From Octopus vulgaris (lineage: Eukaryota), in contig OX597823.1 of assembly GCA_951406725.2 (NCBI GenBank), positions 109,430,001 to 109,494,000 on the forward strand: a DNA stretch of 64,000 bases, given 5' to 3'. The translations under genes were made by a program, and so were the position numbers. The notes under the pieces were generated by a model. The model saw only the letters and a program-made list of their open reading frames with translations, was not told the DNA's origin and ran no database searches. This document shows positions 14,591 to 28,565 of the stretch, piece after piece (position 1 is the first letter of the stretch; every line of letters starts with the position of its first letter).

Positions 14591-14911
14591 TATTAGTTTT
14601 AGTGTTAGTATTAGTGGTGGTAGCAGCCGCTACATCAGTAGCAGTGTTTTGTTTTCAGTTCTTGCAAAACATTTAAACTCACTTTTAAAGAATTTTGTTG
14701 TATTTTATTTTATAAATATCACAAATCCAGAGATCCTTGGATTGTACACGGATTGAAAAATTCACTGAAATAGCAAGTGTACTGCTCTTCATATATACAC
14801 ATACACAGACGCATATACACATATATACATTTATGGACACATGTAAATACATACATATATTTTTGCATCGATATATATATATATACATATATACACATAC
14901 ATATATATATG

Positions 14912-14955
<44 letters not shown>

Positions 14956-14971
14956 CACACATACATATACG

Positions 14972-15017
<46 letters not shown>

Positions 15018-15018
15018 C

Positions 15019-15083
<65 letters not shown>

Positions 15084-15521
15084 AATATATATATATATAT
15101 ATGCGTGTATCTATCTATGTGTGTGTATAAAATAAACACAAATTAATATAAATCTCTACATAAATATCAAACAATCAAAGTATTACAAAAACGAAGAAAA
15201 AAAAACGCGCATAATACGCATGCACAACCTCATGGAGACACATACATGCAATCGTGCCAACACACATAATTTTAACAACGTAAGCGTACACAATTACATA
15301 TTCGCTTTAATACACATGCGTAAATACAGAAACTGAAAGACACACGCAAGCACAAAGAGACAGTTGCTAACCAAATTTTCAAAAACAAGCATAATCGACA
15401 CGATTTACAAAAGAAACACAAATAAATAATAATAATAATGATGATGATAATAATGATGATGATAATAATAATAATGATAATAATAATAATAATATTAATA
15501 ATAATAATGACGATGATGATG

Positions 15522-15601
<80 letters not shown>

Positions 15602-15970
15602 GAATAAATAGATATATAAATAAACAAAACTGAAACAAAGTTATGTATAAACAAACAGAAAATATCAACATCAACAACAAAACACCAGCAGCAACAGCAG
15701 CAGGAACAACAACGAATATGGTTGTGAAAGAACGAGAGAAACGACAGAGAATTTTATATAAAATGAAAACCGCCACCCTAAACTAAAACCAAAAAATAAA
15801 TAGAGATAGAAAAACAAAATCGAATATAAAAAAAAAGTATCAATTTTATATTCCATCCATTTTTATTTTTATTCTATATTTAATTTGATTTAAAGTTTAT
15901 ATATATTTTCTTACTTATTTTTCCCCCATATGATAAATATCGTCAGTAAAGAACGAAAAATAAATAAAGT

Positions 15971-16028
<58 letters not shown>

Positions 16029-17299
16029 TGAATAATAATATGAATGTAAAAATAAACAAACCAAATCTGAATCCAAAATGGAATATATACATGAAACTTT
16101 AATGCTTACAATCTTCGAAGCGTGGCGTATTTTGGTGGCCATACTATAAACTATCATCATATCATCTGGCTTTATGACTAAATAAAAGCTTGCCAGACTG
16201 CTTTTCTTTTTTTTAATTTTTTTAAACTTTTGTTTTTCATTCGAATAGTTTTTTTTCTTGGAGAGAGGGGATGGCAATTCAAGTTGCATTTTTTACGTAT
16301 ACGTATGTACACACAAACTCGCGAACGCACACATATGTAGACATATATATATATATATATATACGATGATACATAATATGGCTGCCTTTTGCTGTTCTCG
16401 TGCATTGCACAACTTCCCTATACATTCTCATACGGGTTTTTTTTTCTCGTTTTTATAGTCTTTTTGGCTTCGTTTGCGATTTTCACTCAGTTATTTTTTA
16501 ATGTATTCCATGCACATGGAAAATTGTAGCTGAGTGTGCGCGGTTGTGTGTGGGTCTGCGTATTTTCGTTGTACATATATACATACTTACATACGTGCTT
16601 GTGTATATATATATATGTATATATATATATATGTATATGTATTCTCACATATGTATAACTTACATATACTTTTGGGTGCGTGTACAAACATCTGTATGGT
16701 TGAACGTGCATGTGGATATTAACACATGCATATTCTTTCAACTTTAATGCCTTATATTTGGCATGTTTTAAATAACAACAAAATTTGGTGACCAACATGT
16801 GTATGTATGTGTGCCCTATGGTTCTCTATGCGTGTATGTATTTGTATATGCATTTGTGTATCTGTTACTTGGTGTGTGTCAGTATAGAGCACCGTATGGA
16901 GATATATATACAGAGAGCGGTGTATTTAATAAATTTATTCATATAATCATATTGGTGTGTATGTTATATGTAGTTAATGGATTTTGTTACGGCTTTCATA
17001 CCCACGTATATAAATTATTCTTGAAATGCTGCAACGTGTATGAGTATATACAAAAATATACATGCATATATGCATACTTGTGTTTGTTGTTGCATGTGTA
17101 TAATTGTGGGTAGAATTGTGAGTGTGTATATTGTCTTAGATCTGTGCTTGCATCAGCTAATGCATATGTGTTGTAGTGCTAATGTCTTTTTTAAAGTTTT
17201 ATACTTTAAATACACACAGCTCTTTCATATACACACGCATAAACACACAGAGACATACACACATACATATATACACATGCACATATGTATGTATGTATG

Positions 17300-17373
<74 letters not shown>

Positions 17374-18611
17374 CCTATATGTATGTGCGTGTAGGTATGT
17401 GTGTATGTATGTATATGTATGCGTTTCTATGTAATCCCGGTGTAGGGAATATTCACACAAATCCTTTTATAGTGTGTGTTTGTTTGATTTTTACAATATA
17501 TTTTTGCATGTAGGTTTATAGATGTTTCAGTGAATTCATGCCTGAGGGTGCATCTTCCCTTCAATGGATTATAGTTGGGATTGTGATATATATATTTACT
17601 TTCCACTGGACCAGTTCATGTTTTGGAGTAGTCCTTTTGGCAAGATATGACTGGAATTTTTTCTTGCAATTTCTCTCAGAAGGTTACCTCAGAGTTGAGT
17701 AGATATTCCTAAAATTCACCAGATGTATCCATCATAATCATCAGCAGCCCTGTTATCTGAGTAGGGCACACAATTTTTTTTATATATCTCTACACTTAAT
17801 CTTTCATTGTACTTATTTCTGTGCTTAACATTATATACATTGTTCCAAGTGCTTTCAAGGTATATATTTTAGTTGTTGCCCACAATTCAAGCATTATCAA
17901 ACAGGCATATAGTCAAATGCATTTCAATCCTTACCATCCTGTCTTCCTACTGCTATAAAGAACATTGTTAATTCAATCACTCAGTTGTTATATAGTAATT
18001 TGGGATCAGAAGTAATTTAGTTATTAGTTCTACCCCGTCAGTTGACTACATAAGAAGCCATCATTTGCTCCGCCTTTCAGTGGTAGATTCTCTCATTTTT
18101 CTTTGTAACCTTATATGTGATTTTTGGTATCTCAGTAACTCGAAATCATTGACATTATATTATTAAACAATTTAATTTGAGGCTACAATCAGTTGAACCG
18201 TCATACTTAAAGCACCATTAAACAACGAGACGTAGGATTACAATCAGTGAACCTCATAATACAAATATTTGATTTTACAGAAATAATTAACTAAAAAATT
18301 ATAACCAGTTGAAACTCAGAAGAGTAGTGATTTTTGAGAAAGGCATACCACGAATGTTAGAATGGGATGTTTTACATAGGCAAAACGTTCAAATTTGAGC
18401 CATATGTATAAATGATAATATGGAAGCCACCATATCTCTAGTGGCAAAATAAACTGGATATCAGAACGTAAATGGTGATAACTAAATGTCGCAGTTCATT
18501 TTGCCCGTTGCTCTACACATCACTCTCAAAATTCGGATGATAATAATTTCTCTCATTTGAAATAAAGTTCTGCCGAAAGTTTTTAATTGTGCAACCCTGA
18601 AAATTGAGATT

Positions 18612-18710
<99 letters not shown>

Positions 18711-19149
18711 GCATTATTATTATTATTTTTGAAGCCAGGTTGGAATGTCGATTTATGCGTTATTCGAGCTGTGAATATGAAGGAGTTTGTCGTTGTCGAG
18801 TTCAAAATGAAACATGATACATAGAAATTCGAAATTATAGAAATTCAAATCCAAAATAGGAACGAGGACAACCAGTGTCCCCACGTAGATAGAATGACAT
18901 CATCAGTCTTCAATTTTCAAGTTTATAACTGGCAAAAAGAAAAAGAAAAAACAGAAAAGAAAATAATAGGAAAAAGGAAAAGGAAAAACAAAAGGGATAT
19001 TTAATCAGTTTTGTGTAAATGTGATGAAATTCTCCTGTCGTTTTATTCATTCCTCCATGGTGCAATGGTACTAACCCGCAAACATATATCTCTTCGTGTA
19101 TTTTGAGTACTGAAAGTGTAACAGATACAGAATATTTTCTGAAAATATG

Positions 19150-19325
19150 CAGTTGTTTTCATAATTACAGCCGTTTGATGCAAAATCTTCTGCAAGTTCT
19201 GTCGAACATCTGTTACCGTGCCCTACGTCATAACTGTGCACATTGAAACTTTTGTTTAATTGTTCTGTTGTATAACCAACATAAATCAAGTTGTGGCTCG
19301 TGCATCTTCCTGCGTACACCGAATG
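19150..19325 (-). pseudogene. Penelope-like GIY-YIG endonuclease relic
   Basis: VYAGRCTSHNLIYVGYTTEQLNKSFNVHSYDV..STELAEDF fits the xYxxxCxx(C/H)xxxYVGxTxxxLxxRFxxH..LAxHF pattern of PLE endonucleases. Confidence 0.65.
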
Positions 19326-19399
19326 AGAATCTCTACAGGTCCCACCTACCTTTTAAGTCATAACATATCTGTTATGCTTTGCTTGTTTAATTGTTCTGC

Positions 19400-19811
19400 T
19401 GTACAGCCAGGCACATGCATCACAACCATATGTAAACGACATGGTGATCTCATATCAAGATAAACAGTGCATGACCGTGCAGGTGGGGCCTAGTTAGAAT
19501 TTTCTTCAGGTCGAGTAGCCCATCTTAATCAGAAGGGTTGTTTAGGGATGATGAACAAAACACTCATGTTTCCAAAGGTGAATTATCCAAACCTCAAAAA
19601 TTCTTCTCAACACATAGCTATGATGCGCCACCATAATTTCTGCTCGTGATCAGAGATGCACATATCGTCAGCCACTAAGGGATATGCTCTACTGGTTAAG
19701 GTCAAACGACTAACAAGCAAATCTGTGGTATTAATCAGAATATTTGCAGTAGCCCATCTTTTATACCAAGACAAAACAATGTGGAAGGTAATACTTCCAA
19801 TCAGTTAAGAT

Positions 19812-19812
<1 letters not shown>
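19400..19812 (-). mobile_element. Family T element, older diverged copy
   Basis: Reverse homology to 6922-7340; abuts (TAA)n. Confidence 0.85.
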
Positions 19813-19889
<77 letters not shown>

Positions 19890-19901
19890 AAGAAGAAGAA
19901 A

Positions 19902-20027
<126 letters not shown>

Positions 20028-20094
20028 GTTATTATTATTATTATTATTATTATTTTCATCATCATCATCATCATCATTATCATTCGTCCGTCGA

Positions 20095-20240
20095 TACGTT
20101 CTGAGTTCAAATTTCACCAAGTTCGACTTTACCTTTCATGCTTTCGGGGTCGACAAATTGGGTATCACTTGAGTACTGTGTCGATGCAATCGACTATTGC
20201 CCTCCCCCAAATGCCAGGCCTTGTGCCTATTATATAAAGG
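20095..20240 (+). mobile_element. SINE family B fragment
   Basis: ACGTTCTGAGTTCAAATT..CCTTTCATGCTTTCGGGGTCGAC. Confidence 0.75.
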
Positions 20241-20275
20241 ATTATTATTGTTATTAATAGAAATTGAAAAAATGT

Positions 20276-20608
20276 GGCATCTCAAGGCGACTATAGTATC
20301 AGTGATTGTAGGATCTCTAGGAATGATAAAAAAAAAGGTACTGAAACCTATTTGAAAATGATTCCAGGCTTACCATCCCTATAGGAAGTGCAAAAAATCG
20401 TGTTAACTGGAATGGCTCATATACTGAGAAGAGCATTATCGCTGTGAAAACAACATTCATTGATTAATTAATTTATTTATTAATTTTTTTAATATATATT
20501 TTACCTGTGAATTTGCGTGTGCAATCTGGGAATGCATACAATGACCTTCTCTACCCTAGGTGTACGAAAAACACTCGGCGAGAAACGGAATTAAGTTTGA
20601 AGAAGAAA
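20276..20608 (+). pseudogene. R4/Dong-like ORF C-terminus plus 3' UTR
   Basis: (IEK)MWHLKATIVSVIVGSLGMIKK..EVQKIVLTGMAHILRRALSL*, then UTR and (AAT)n tail. Confidence 0.8.
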
Positions 20609-20631
20609 ATAATAACAATAATAATAATAAC

Positions 20632-20719
<88 letters not shown>

Positions 20720-20735
20720 GTTGTTGTTATTATTG

Positions 20736-20769
<34 letters not shown>

Positions 20770-21289
20770 AGATGATGATGATGATGATGATGCAAGTATC
20801 GTAGGCTCGTCTCTTTACGGGAACCTAGCTCGTCGGGTTCATGCACGTTGGACGGAAAGAAGAGGACATTATGCTGAAACCACAGACCTGATGCAAATGC
20901 TTGCAAAAGAATGATCTCTCTACAGAATCCAAAGGACCAACTGGTGGTGGTATATCAGGAACTTGATTAAATTCTGTCGCCTGAGCCTCACCAGCTACAT
21001 CCTCACGAAGAAATGTCATTTCTACGGAATGTGGTTTGTCCGCATTTCTTTCGTTTGTTCCCTCATCACACGTACAAACAAACACGCGGCGCACGCACAC
21101 ACTCACACATGTATGGCCAAAGAAACCGATGGAATTAGTACTACGCTTACAAAGAATAAGTTCTGGGGTTGATTTGTTCGACTAATGGTGGTGCTCCGGC
21201 AAGTCCACAATCAAATGACTGAAACAAATAAAAGAATATTATGTATGTATATATATATGTATATATGTATGTTTGTATGTATATGTGTG

Positions 21290-21360
<71 letters not shown>

Positions 21361-21361
21361 G

Positions 21362-21605
21362 TGGATTGTTTTCGAGTAATTTGTTTTTTTCTGGGAGTCT
21401 CTTTTTAAAGTAGAGGAAATAGCTAAGGTTTTTTGGCTGCTATTTCTAAACTTCGGTATGTGGTAAAGCAAATCTTTGCTGAACCCTATTATAAAGTATT
21501 ACTTTAATTTACTGTGAAATGGTCCTTTTTCATGCCGAATTCTAATTGGTGAAATTATTGATTACTATTTAATTAATTAGTTTTACCCTTTGTTATTATT
21601 GATAA
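21362..21605 (+). mobile_element. Diverged fragment of the 562-nt HHR element family, in (TA)n
   Basis: Colinear with ~26757-26995 (GAAATAGC.AAG..TTGGCTGCTATTTC..TTCGGT.TGTGGTAAAG..AAATGGTC..CCGAAT). Confidence 0.75.
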
Positions 21606-22125
21606 TATATATATATATATAAGTTTATTATTCTTCACAATATTATCATGTGGTATAACATGCGCAAATAACCATCAAGCTAATACGATAAGGTAAAAAA
21701 TTATTAATTAATAATTAAGGGTACTACAAGTGGAACCAGCATGCTAAAAAGAACAGCCAAAAGACGACTACAACCATAAAATGTCACTGATACGCATTAA
21801 TTGAAATCGGGGGAATGAGCGGAAATTCTAAGCCCCCGTAGCAATGACTAAATGAATCATAGTTTGAGAAGTCACACATACGTCACGATTTCAAAGGTTG
21901 TGAAAATGTCAGTTATCCTCAGCGAGTCTTACTGACCCAAGGGTCATTAAAACTACAAACAATGAACGCGATGACCGTTTTAATGCCGCAGCAAATTTGA
22001 AAAGAGGATCGAAGTGAATAATAAATTATAAAAATATATATTAGGATAATATTGTTTACAATAATATCAATAATATTAAATGGTATAGCATGCGTAAAAT
22101 ACCATCGAGGTAATACCATAAGACA

Positions 22126-22159
<34 letters not shown>

Positions 22160-23211
22160 ACAGATATAAATAATTTTACAGAGGTTCCATTTCCTTTGGC
22201 CCAGCTGACGTCAACCAAACACGCACGCACGCACACACATGCACTCTCACACACACACATGCATACACACACGCACACACACACAAACATATACACTTAC
22301 ATATATATATATATAAATGTGTGTGTGTGTGTGTGTGTGTGTGCCCTGTAGTTATTTGTTCTGGATCCCTGCGTTTAGTGTTCTCATCCTATGGAGGCCA
22401 ACTTTGCCTTCGATCCGTTTGAAAAAGACAAATATTCTTTCTGCCAAACGGTAGGTCATCATGACGATCGCAGTCATCATCACCCTCATTGTCGTCGTCA
22501 TCGTCGTCGTCGTCATCATCATCATCAACAACAATAACAACAGCAACAAGGCAGCGCATGGAAGGAGAAGAGTCAGTCAAAGAACTGAAGACAAAATGCG
22601 ACTGAACGAACTCAGAAATACGAAGAACAAACCCCACCTCGTTGGACTTCAACTTACTCTTTAAAACGGAATAACTACGCAAGGTGTTAAGTCTCTCACA
22701 CTTCCGATTCTATTAACGACCCACATATTTCAGCAACGAAAGCTCCTTTTCTTAGTTTTTGTATTGCTTATTATTTGTTTTAGAACGTATTTTCGTTCGA
22801 GTTTCGGAATTTTTGGCAGCATCGTTGCTCATCTGCCCTTTGTTCTGTAATTTCAACATCAGTCATGATAGACTATCTGTTTGAGATGGTTGGTGTATCT
22901 TTCAACAAACCATAGCATAATACATCATTTTGGCCACCCATCACATACAAGGTGCACCCACTTCCAGGTGTAAGTATTTATTACTGCTACGGGATGAATT
23001 ACATCGTAAGAGAGTTACTAAACAACCACAAATATAAGTATTATCCTTATCACTATCAACACTAGCGTTACCATCGTTTCACACCAACAGCACTAGCATT
23101 ATAGCAACAGTTGCCATCCACATCACCGTCATCGCTATAATTACCGTCAACAAGATCGTTACCAGCATCATCTCTGCTACCGCTAGTAACAACACTACAA
23201 CAACAGCTACC

Positions 23212-23410
23212 GTGGAGGCGCAATGGCGCAGTGGTTAGGGCAGCCGACTCGCGGTCGTAAGAACGTTGTTTCGATTCCCAGACCGGGCATTGTAAGTGTT
23301 TATTGAGCAAAATCACTTAAGATCCACGAGGCTCCGGCGAGGGGAGTGGTGAACCCCGCTGTACTCTTTCACCACAACTTTCTCTCACTCTTTCTTCCTA
23401 CTTCTGTCAC
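23212..23410 (+). mobile_element. SINE family C, 5' half
   Basis: GTGGAGGCGCAATGGCGCAGTGGTTAGGGCAGC..TTCGATTCCCAGACCGGGC. Confidence 0.85.
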
Positions 23411-24298
23411 AAAGCAGAGGAACCATGGTGTAACCCACTATGGTGTGGTAAACATTCAGACCATAGTCTAGATTGCAAATCCTCTGTACCCCAGGATGGT
23501 TCAGCTCTCCACCCGTTAAAAGCCACCGTTTACGGAATGAGGATAACAACGTAGCTTTCGCGTGTGGTGGGTGGATCTTCAAGTTGCCGCACGCATTCTT
23601 TGTAGATTAGAGTAGGCTCGAATTAGAGATTATTCTTTGTGGCTAATGACGTGATTCTTGATTGGAAGTAGAAGAACAAGAGCTACCGACACCATCACCA
23701 TCTCCACAATTACCACCAAAATTATGAAAACCTCTCTCATTATGATCATTACAATAGCAAATGTCACAATTAACATCATCATCATCATCATTACAATTAC
23801 CACCATCAAAATTATTATAATGATTATCTCCGCCATTGCCGTCACAGCCGACATAAAGATCCTCAACGTAGCCATTAGTGAAATTTGAAATTGTTGCTAA
23901 ATCTTTATCAAATAGTAATCGATCGTCTACATCATAAAGGTCATGTTGGTAATGTATCCCAAGATAAAATAATGTCTGGATTAGGAAGAAATGGTTATGA
24001 CTAAAATGCGTTTGGCTATCTGTCTGCTTCTTCAGAGTTGATCTGGTGCTAAACGACTACCGTCATCGTCCACAACCACAAACATCACTAATAACAGTAG
24101 TACTACTGATAATATCATACTCACTCCACAAATACACATTCACAAATATGTGTCAATAGATTCATACACACACACACACACATTCAGGCATGGATATATA
24201 CATATATACTTACATGCATACATACATACATGAATACACCTGTACACACACACACACATATACATACATCTGTACATACATATATACACACCCACTAA

Positions 24299-24501
24299 GG
24301 CGGCGAGCTGGCAGAGTCGTTAGCACGCCGGGCAAAATATTTAGCGGTATTTCGTCTGTCGTTACGTTTTGAGTTCAAATCCCGCCGAAGTCGACTTTGC
24401 CTTTCATCCTTTCGCACTGGGGTCGATGTAATCGACTTAATCCGTTTGTCTGTCCTTGTTTGTCCTCTCTATGTTTAGCCCCTTGTGGGTAGTAAAGAAA
24501 T
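24299..24501 (+). mobile_element. SINE family B with internal deletion
   Basis: GGCGGCGAGCTGGCAGA head to GTAGTAAAGAAAT tail. Confidence 0.9.
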
Positions 24502-25116
24502 ATATATACACACCCACATGTACATACACATACACACGTTTTTATGTACATTGACATAATGCTAGCTCTATCGAGTGAGTATTCCACAAGTTTATGTTTT
24601 CTTAAGGTATTTCTCAGGTAGAATCCACATGGTACTGCATGGGAGGAAGTTGGACATTTGAATTGCCGCTTCAGTTTCTCATGAAGTTGGTTGCTTCTGG
24701 TTGAAGTATTGCACACAGTGAAACAGCGTAACACGATGTGTGACAAGACCGTATCTTTGAATTACATGTAAAGTCAATCAAACAGATTTTTAAAAGATTT
24801 CTCATACACTCTTATACGCTCACAAGGCTTAACACGAGCCATCATCCGAAGATGCCATTGCAGCGGGATCAGCGCCGTAAATTCATAATTATCAAGCGAA
24901 CTTCTTAAGATCTGAATGATGCTTGCTCTAATAAACATAATGTAAAACATCCAAACGTACACAAATGTACACAAACGTACACAGACACAAACATGCAAAC
25001 AAACCCATATGCCAATATAAACACACCAGAATCCAGACACTCTACGCACATACGTATCCATAAACAACCATAAACGCAAGCATATACACACCCAGGCAAA
25101 CCAATGTACGCATATA

Positions 25117-25518
25117 CTCTCTTTACTCTTTTACTCTTTTACTTGTTTCAGTCATTTGGCTGCGGCCATGCTGGAGCACCGCCTTTAGTCGAGCAAATCG
25201 ACCCCGGGACTTATTCTTTGTAAGCCTAGTACTTATTCTATCGGTCTCTTTTGCCGACCCGCTAAGTAACGGGGACGTAAACACACCAGCATCGGTTGTC
25301 AAGCAATGCTAGGGGGACAAACACAGACACACACACATACATACATATATACATATATACGACAGGCTTCTTTCAGTTTCCGTCTACAAAATCAACTCAC
25401 AAGGCGTTGGTCGGCCCGGGGCTATAGCAGAAGACGCCCAAGATGCCACGCAGTGGGACTGAAGCCGGAACCATGTGGCTGGTTAGCAAGCTACTTACCA
25501 CACAGCCACTCCTGCGCC

Positions 25519-25519
<1 letters not shown>
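25117..25519 (-). mobile_element. SINE family A, full length
   Basis: Reverse complement of the family A consensus. Confidence 0.9.
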
Positions 25520-25549
<30 letters not shown>

Positions 25550-26186
25550 ATTTATAAACAAGCACACACATTGAATGCAAGAAAACGTACAGCTACATAA
25601 ACACAAATATACCCACACATATATATATATACTCAACCATACCCATACACATATTCACGTTACATACCGCATCTAACAGATCATTAGTTAAACCATTATC
25701 ATTATACCGTTACCTTCCCCCATTCCTCTTCTCCCCACACTTCTTATATTCCTCCTCATACTTCTACTCCTTCCTTTTCACTCCTCCTACGATTCATATT
25801 TGTTTCTACCCCAAAAACGTCTCTCTTATTGTCTTTCTCTTTATATATATATATACATCTCCTCGACTATTTCTCCCTCCATTTATTTCTAGGCTCGTCT
25901 ACCATTTCATTTACGTACGATTTTTCTCTCTCACGTCATATTTCTTCCTCTAACTTTCTATTTCTTTTTCGTACACACATAAAACAATCCATATACACAT
26001 ACATATATACACACATACACTGTCTCTTAGAAATATCTACGCTAACATAAACACGCATTCAATAATTTTTTAATGAACATACGCAAAAATGTTAATGTAC
26101 AAACACATAAAATCGTATATATACAAGCATTTACACACTTTTACACATATATCAACGTAAACGCTACTGTTAGCACACACATATAG

Positions 26187-26245
<59 letters not shown>

Positions 26246-26424
26246 AAAAATATGGTAAAGTAAAAGAATTCACTTTACCACACACCGAACTTTTCCGAAA
26301 TAGCAGCCAAAATCTTGGCTATTTCTTCAACTGCAAATAAAAGTCTCCAGACAATGTATACTCAGAAAAATAACTCACATAGGAATAAGGGTAAAACAAT
26401 GAAAGATCACATCCATATACGATA

Positions 26425-26486
26425 CCCGAGGACAGTCTGTTTCTGGATTTGTGGGTAAAACGCCACTTTTCCTTCATCAGCTCAGA
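26425..26486 (-). ncRNA. Type I hammerhead ribozyme (inverted copy)
   Basis: Exact reverse complement of 26649-26710. Confidence 0.75.
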
Positions 26487-26648
26487 GATTTCTTTTGATT
26501 TAGATTTGAAAATACTAAGAATCAAACATACCCGTCCGATATCTGTAACATCGGACAAACTATGCCAGACATCCAGTACTAGCGAATCCAAAAATACGAA
26601 TGAGATCTATTATTCTCCCTGTCCGCCCACGTGAAATCAAAAGAAATC

Positions 26649-26710
26649 TCTGAGCTGATGAAGGAAAAGTGGCGTTTTACCCACAAATCCAGAAACAGAC
26701 TGTCCTCGGG
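26649..26710 (+). ncRNA. Type I hammerhead ribozyme, predicted cleavage after C26704 (GUC)
   Basis: Stem I TCTGAG/CTCGGG; core CTGATGA; stem II GGA..GTGG..CCAC..TCC; GAAA; stem III ACAG-A-CTGT. Confidence 0.8.
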
Positions 26711-27210
26711 TATCGTATATGGATGTGATCTTTCATTGTTTTTCCCTTATTCCTATGTGAGTTATTTTTCTGAGTATACATTGTCTGGAGACTTTTATTT
26801 GCAGTTGAAGAAATAGCCAAGTTTTTGGCTGCTATTTCGGAAAAGTTCGGTGTGTGGTAAAGTGAATTCTTTACTTTACCATATTTTTATAAATTAATAC
26901 TTCAAATATACCGTAAATGGTCTTTACATACCGAATACTGCTTGGTCGAATTTATTAATAATTAATTGATTCGACCCCCATTTTCTCATAACAATATAAT
27001 GCTTTCTCTCCAAGAATTTAAACTGCAGTTTTTACCTCTGTAGAAATGGAATGCTCTATGACTCACGTGGGCGGACAGGGAGAATAATAGATCTCATTCG
27101 TATTTTTGGATTCGCTAGTACTGGATGTCTGGCATAGTTTGTCCGATGTTACAGATATCGGACAGGTATGTTTGATTCTTAGTATTTTCAAATCTAAATC
27201 AAAAGAAATC

Positions 27211-27272
27211 TCTGAGCTGATGAAGGAAAAGTGGCGTTTTACCCACAAATCCAGAAACAGACTGTCCTCGGG
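27211..27272 (+). ncRNA. Type I hammerhead ribozyme, predicted cleavage after C27266 (GUC)
   Basis: Identical to 26649-26710, 562 nt downstream. Confidence 0.8.
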
Positions 27273-27355
27273 TATCGTATATGGATGTGATCTTTCATTG
27301 TTTTTCCCTTATTCCTATGTGAGTTATTTTTCTGAGTATACTGCTTGGTCGAATC

Positions 27356-27421
<66 letters not shown>

Positions 27422-27657
27422 GATAGATAGGTAAACACACATACACTCATATAGATATACATATATACACATGCATGTATATACATACATACATGCACAT
27501 AAATACATACATACCTACATATATATATACACACACACAGACACACAAGCACACGCACACCCACAAACATACACACGCACATATATATATATATATACAT
27601 CTGATATGAAATATGCATATACAAATGCATACATATGTATATAGATTTACACGTATT

Positions 27658-27895
27658 TATTTCTTTATTCCTTTATTGCCCACAGGGGGCTAAACATAGA
27701 GGAGACAAACAAGGACACATAAGGGGATTAAGTCGATTATATCGACCCCAGTGCGTAACTGGTACTTATTTAATCGACCCCGAAATGATGAAAGGCAAAG
27801 TCGACCTCAGCGGAATTTGAACTCAGAACGTAACGCAGACGAAATACGGCTACGCATTTCGCCCGGCGTGCTAACGTTTCTGCCAGCTCGCCGCC
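27658..27895 (-). mobile_element. SINE family B, full length with 15-bp TSD
   Basis: TSD AGATTTACACGTATT at 27643-27657 and 27897-27911. Confidence 0.92.
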
Positions 27896-28176
27896 GAGAT
27901 TTACACGTATTGCGAAGTTATTGGCGTATTGCGAAGTTATACGTTCCTCAGCATACGCATACAAATACATATTTACACACTTTCCCTTACACTAATGCAC
28001 ACCTATAAACGCACAGGTAACATTCACATAGACCTATATACAGATTCATTCGTTGCATACCAACTATATATCTAATAAGTCTCATTTTCATTCTGTAGAT
28101 CTTTTTCTCTTTTTTTCTCACCTTCTACTAGCTAGCTAATTCACACATTCTCCCTATCACTCTCTATCTCTCTCTC

Positions 28177-28209
<33 letters not shown>

Positions 28210-28381
28210 TATATGCGTGTATTTGTATACACGTATTATACATACACATACATAAAGGCAAATGCGTTAGCATGTATGTGTGTATATATGGATGTGTGCG
28301 CGTATCCATGTGTGTATGCATGCATAAATATGTGTGTGTGATGTGTGCGTTTCTGATGCATGTGCGAATGTATTCAAATGC

Positions 28382-28412
<31 letters not shown>

Positions 28413-28501
28413 TATATAAACACATACAAATATATGTGTATATATCTAAACATACATGGACACCAACATATACATATATAAATTTACACACACATACACA
28501 T

Positions 28502-28565
<64 letters not shown>

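Larger units (their letters stand above)
26239..27354 (+). mobile_element. Retrozyme-like non-autonomous element: inverted partial copy (26239-26634) plus ~1.3 tandem 562-nt monomers, inserted in (TA)n
   Basis: 26634-26778 repeats at 27196-27340 (offset 562); 26239-26500 is the reverse complement of 26634-26895; (TA)n on both sides. Confidence 0.8.

Noticed and set aside
20815-21060. Possible RTE C-terminal relic (YGNLARR)
   Set aside because: Too short and degenerate to call
21785-21835. CTGATAC..GAGCGGAAA as an HHR
   Set aside because: Core incomplete and no stem I or III
23400-23630. LNHPGVQRICNL resembling a gypsy integrase zinc-binding region
   Set aside because: Single weak motif; no RT or integrase core nearby
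26319-27426. Repeated 61-106-aa ORFs in the 562-nt element as genes
   Set aside because: Non-ATG starts, no recognisable motif, overlap the HHR; the repetition reflects the DNA duplication
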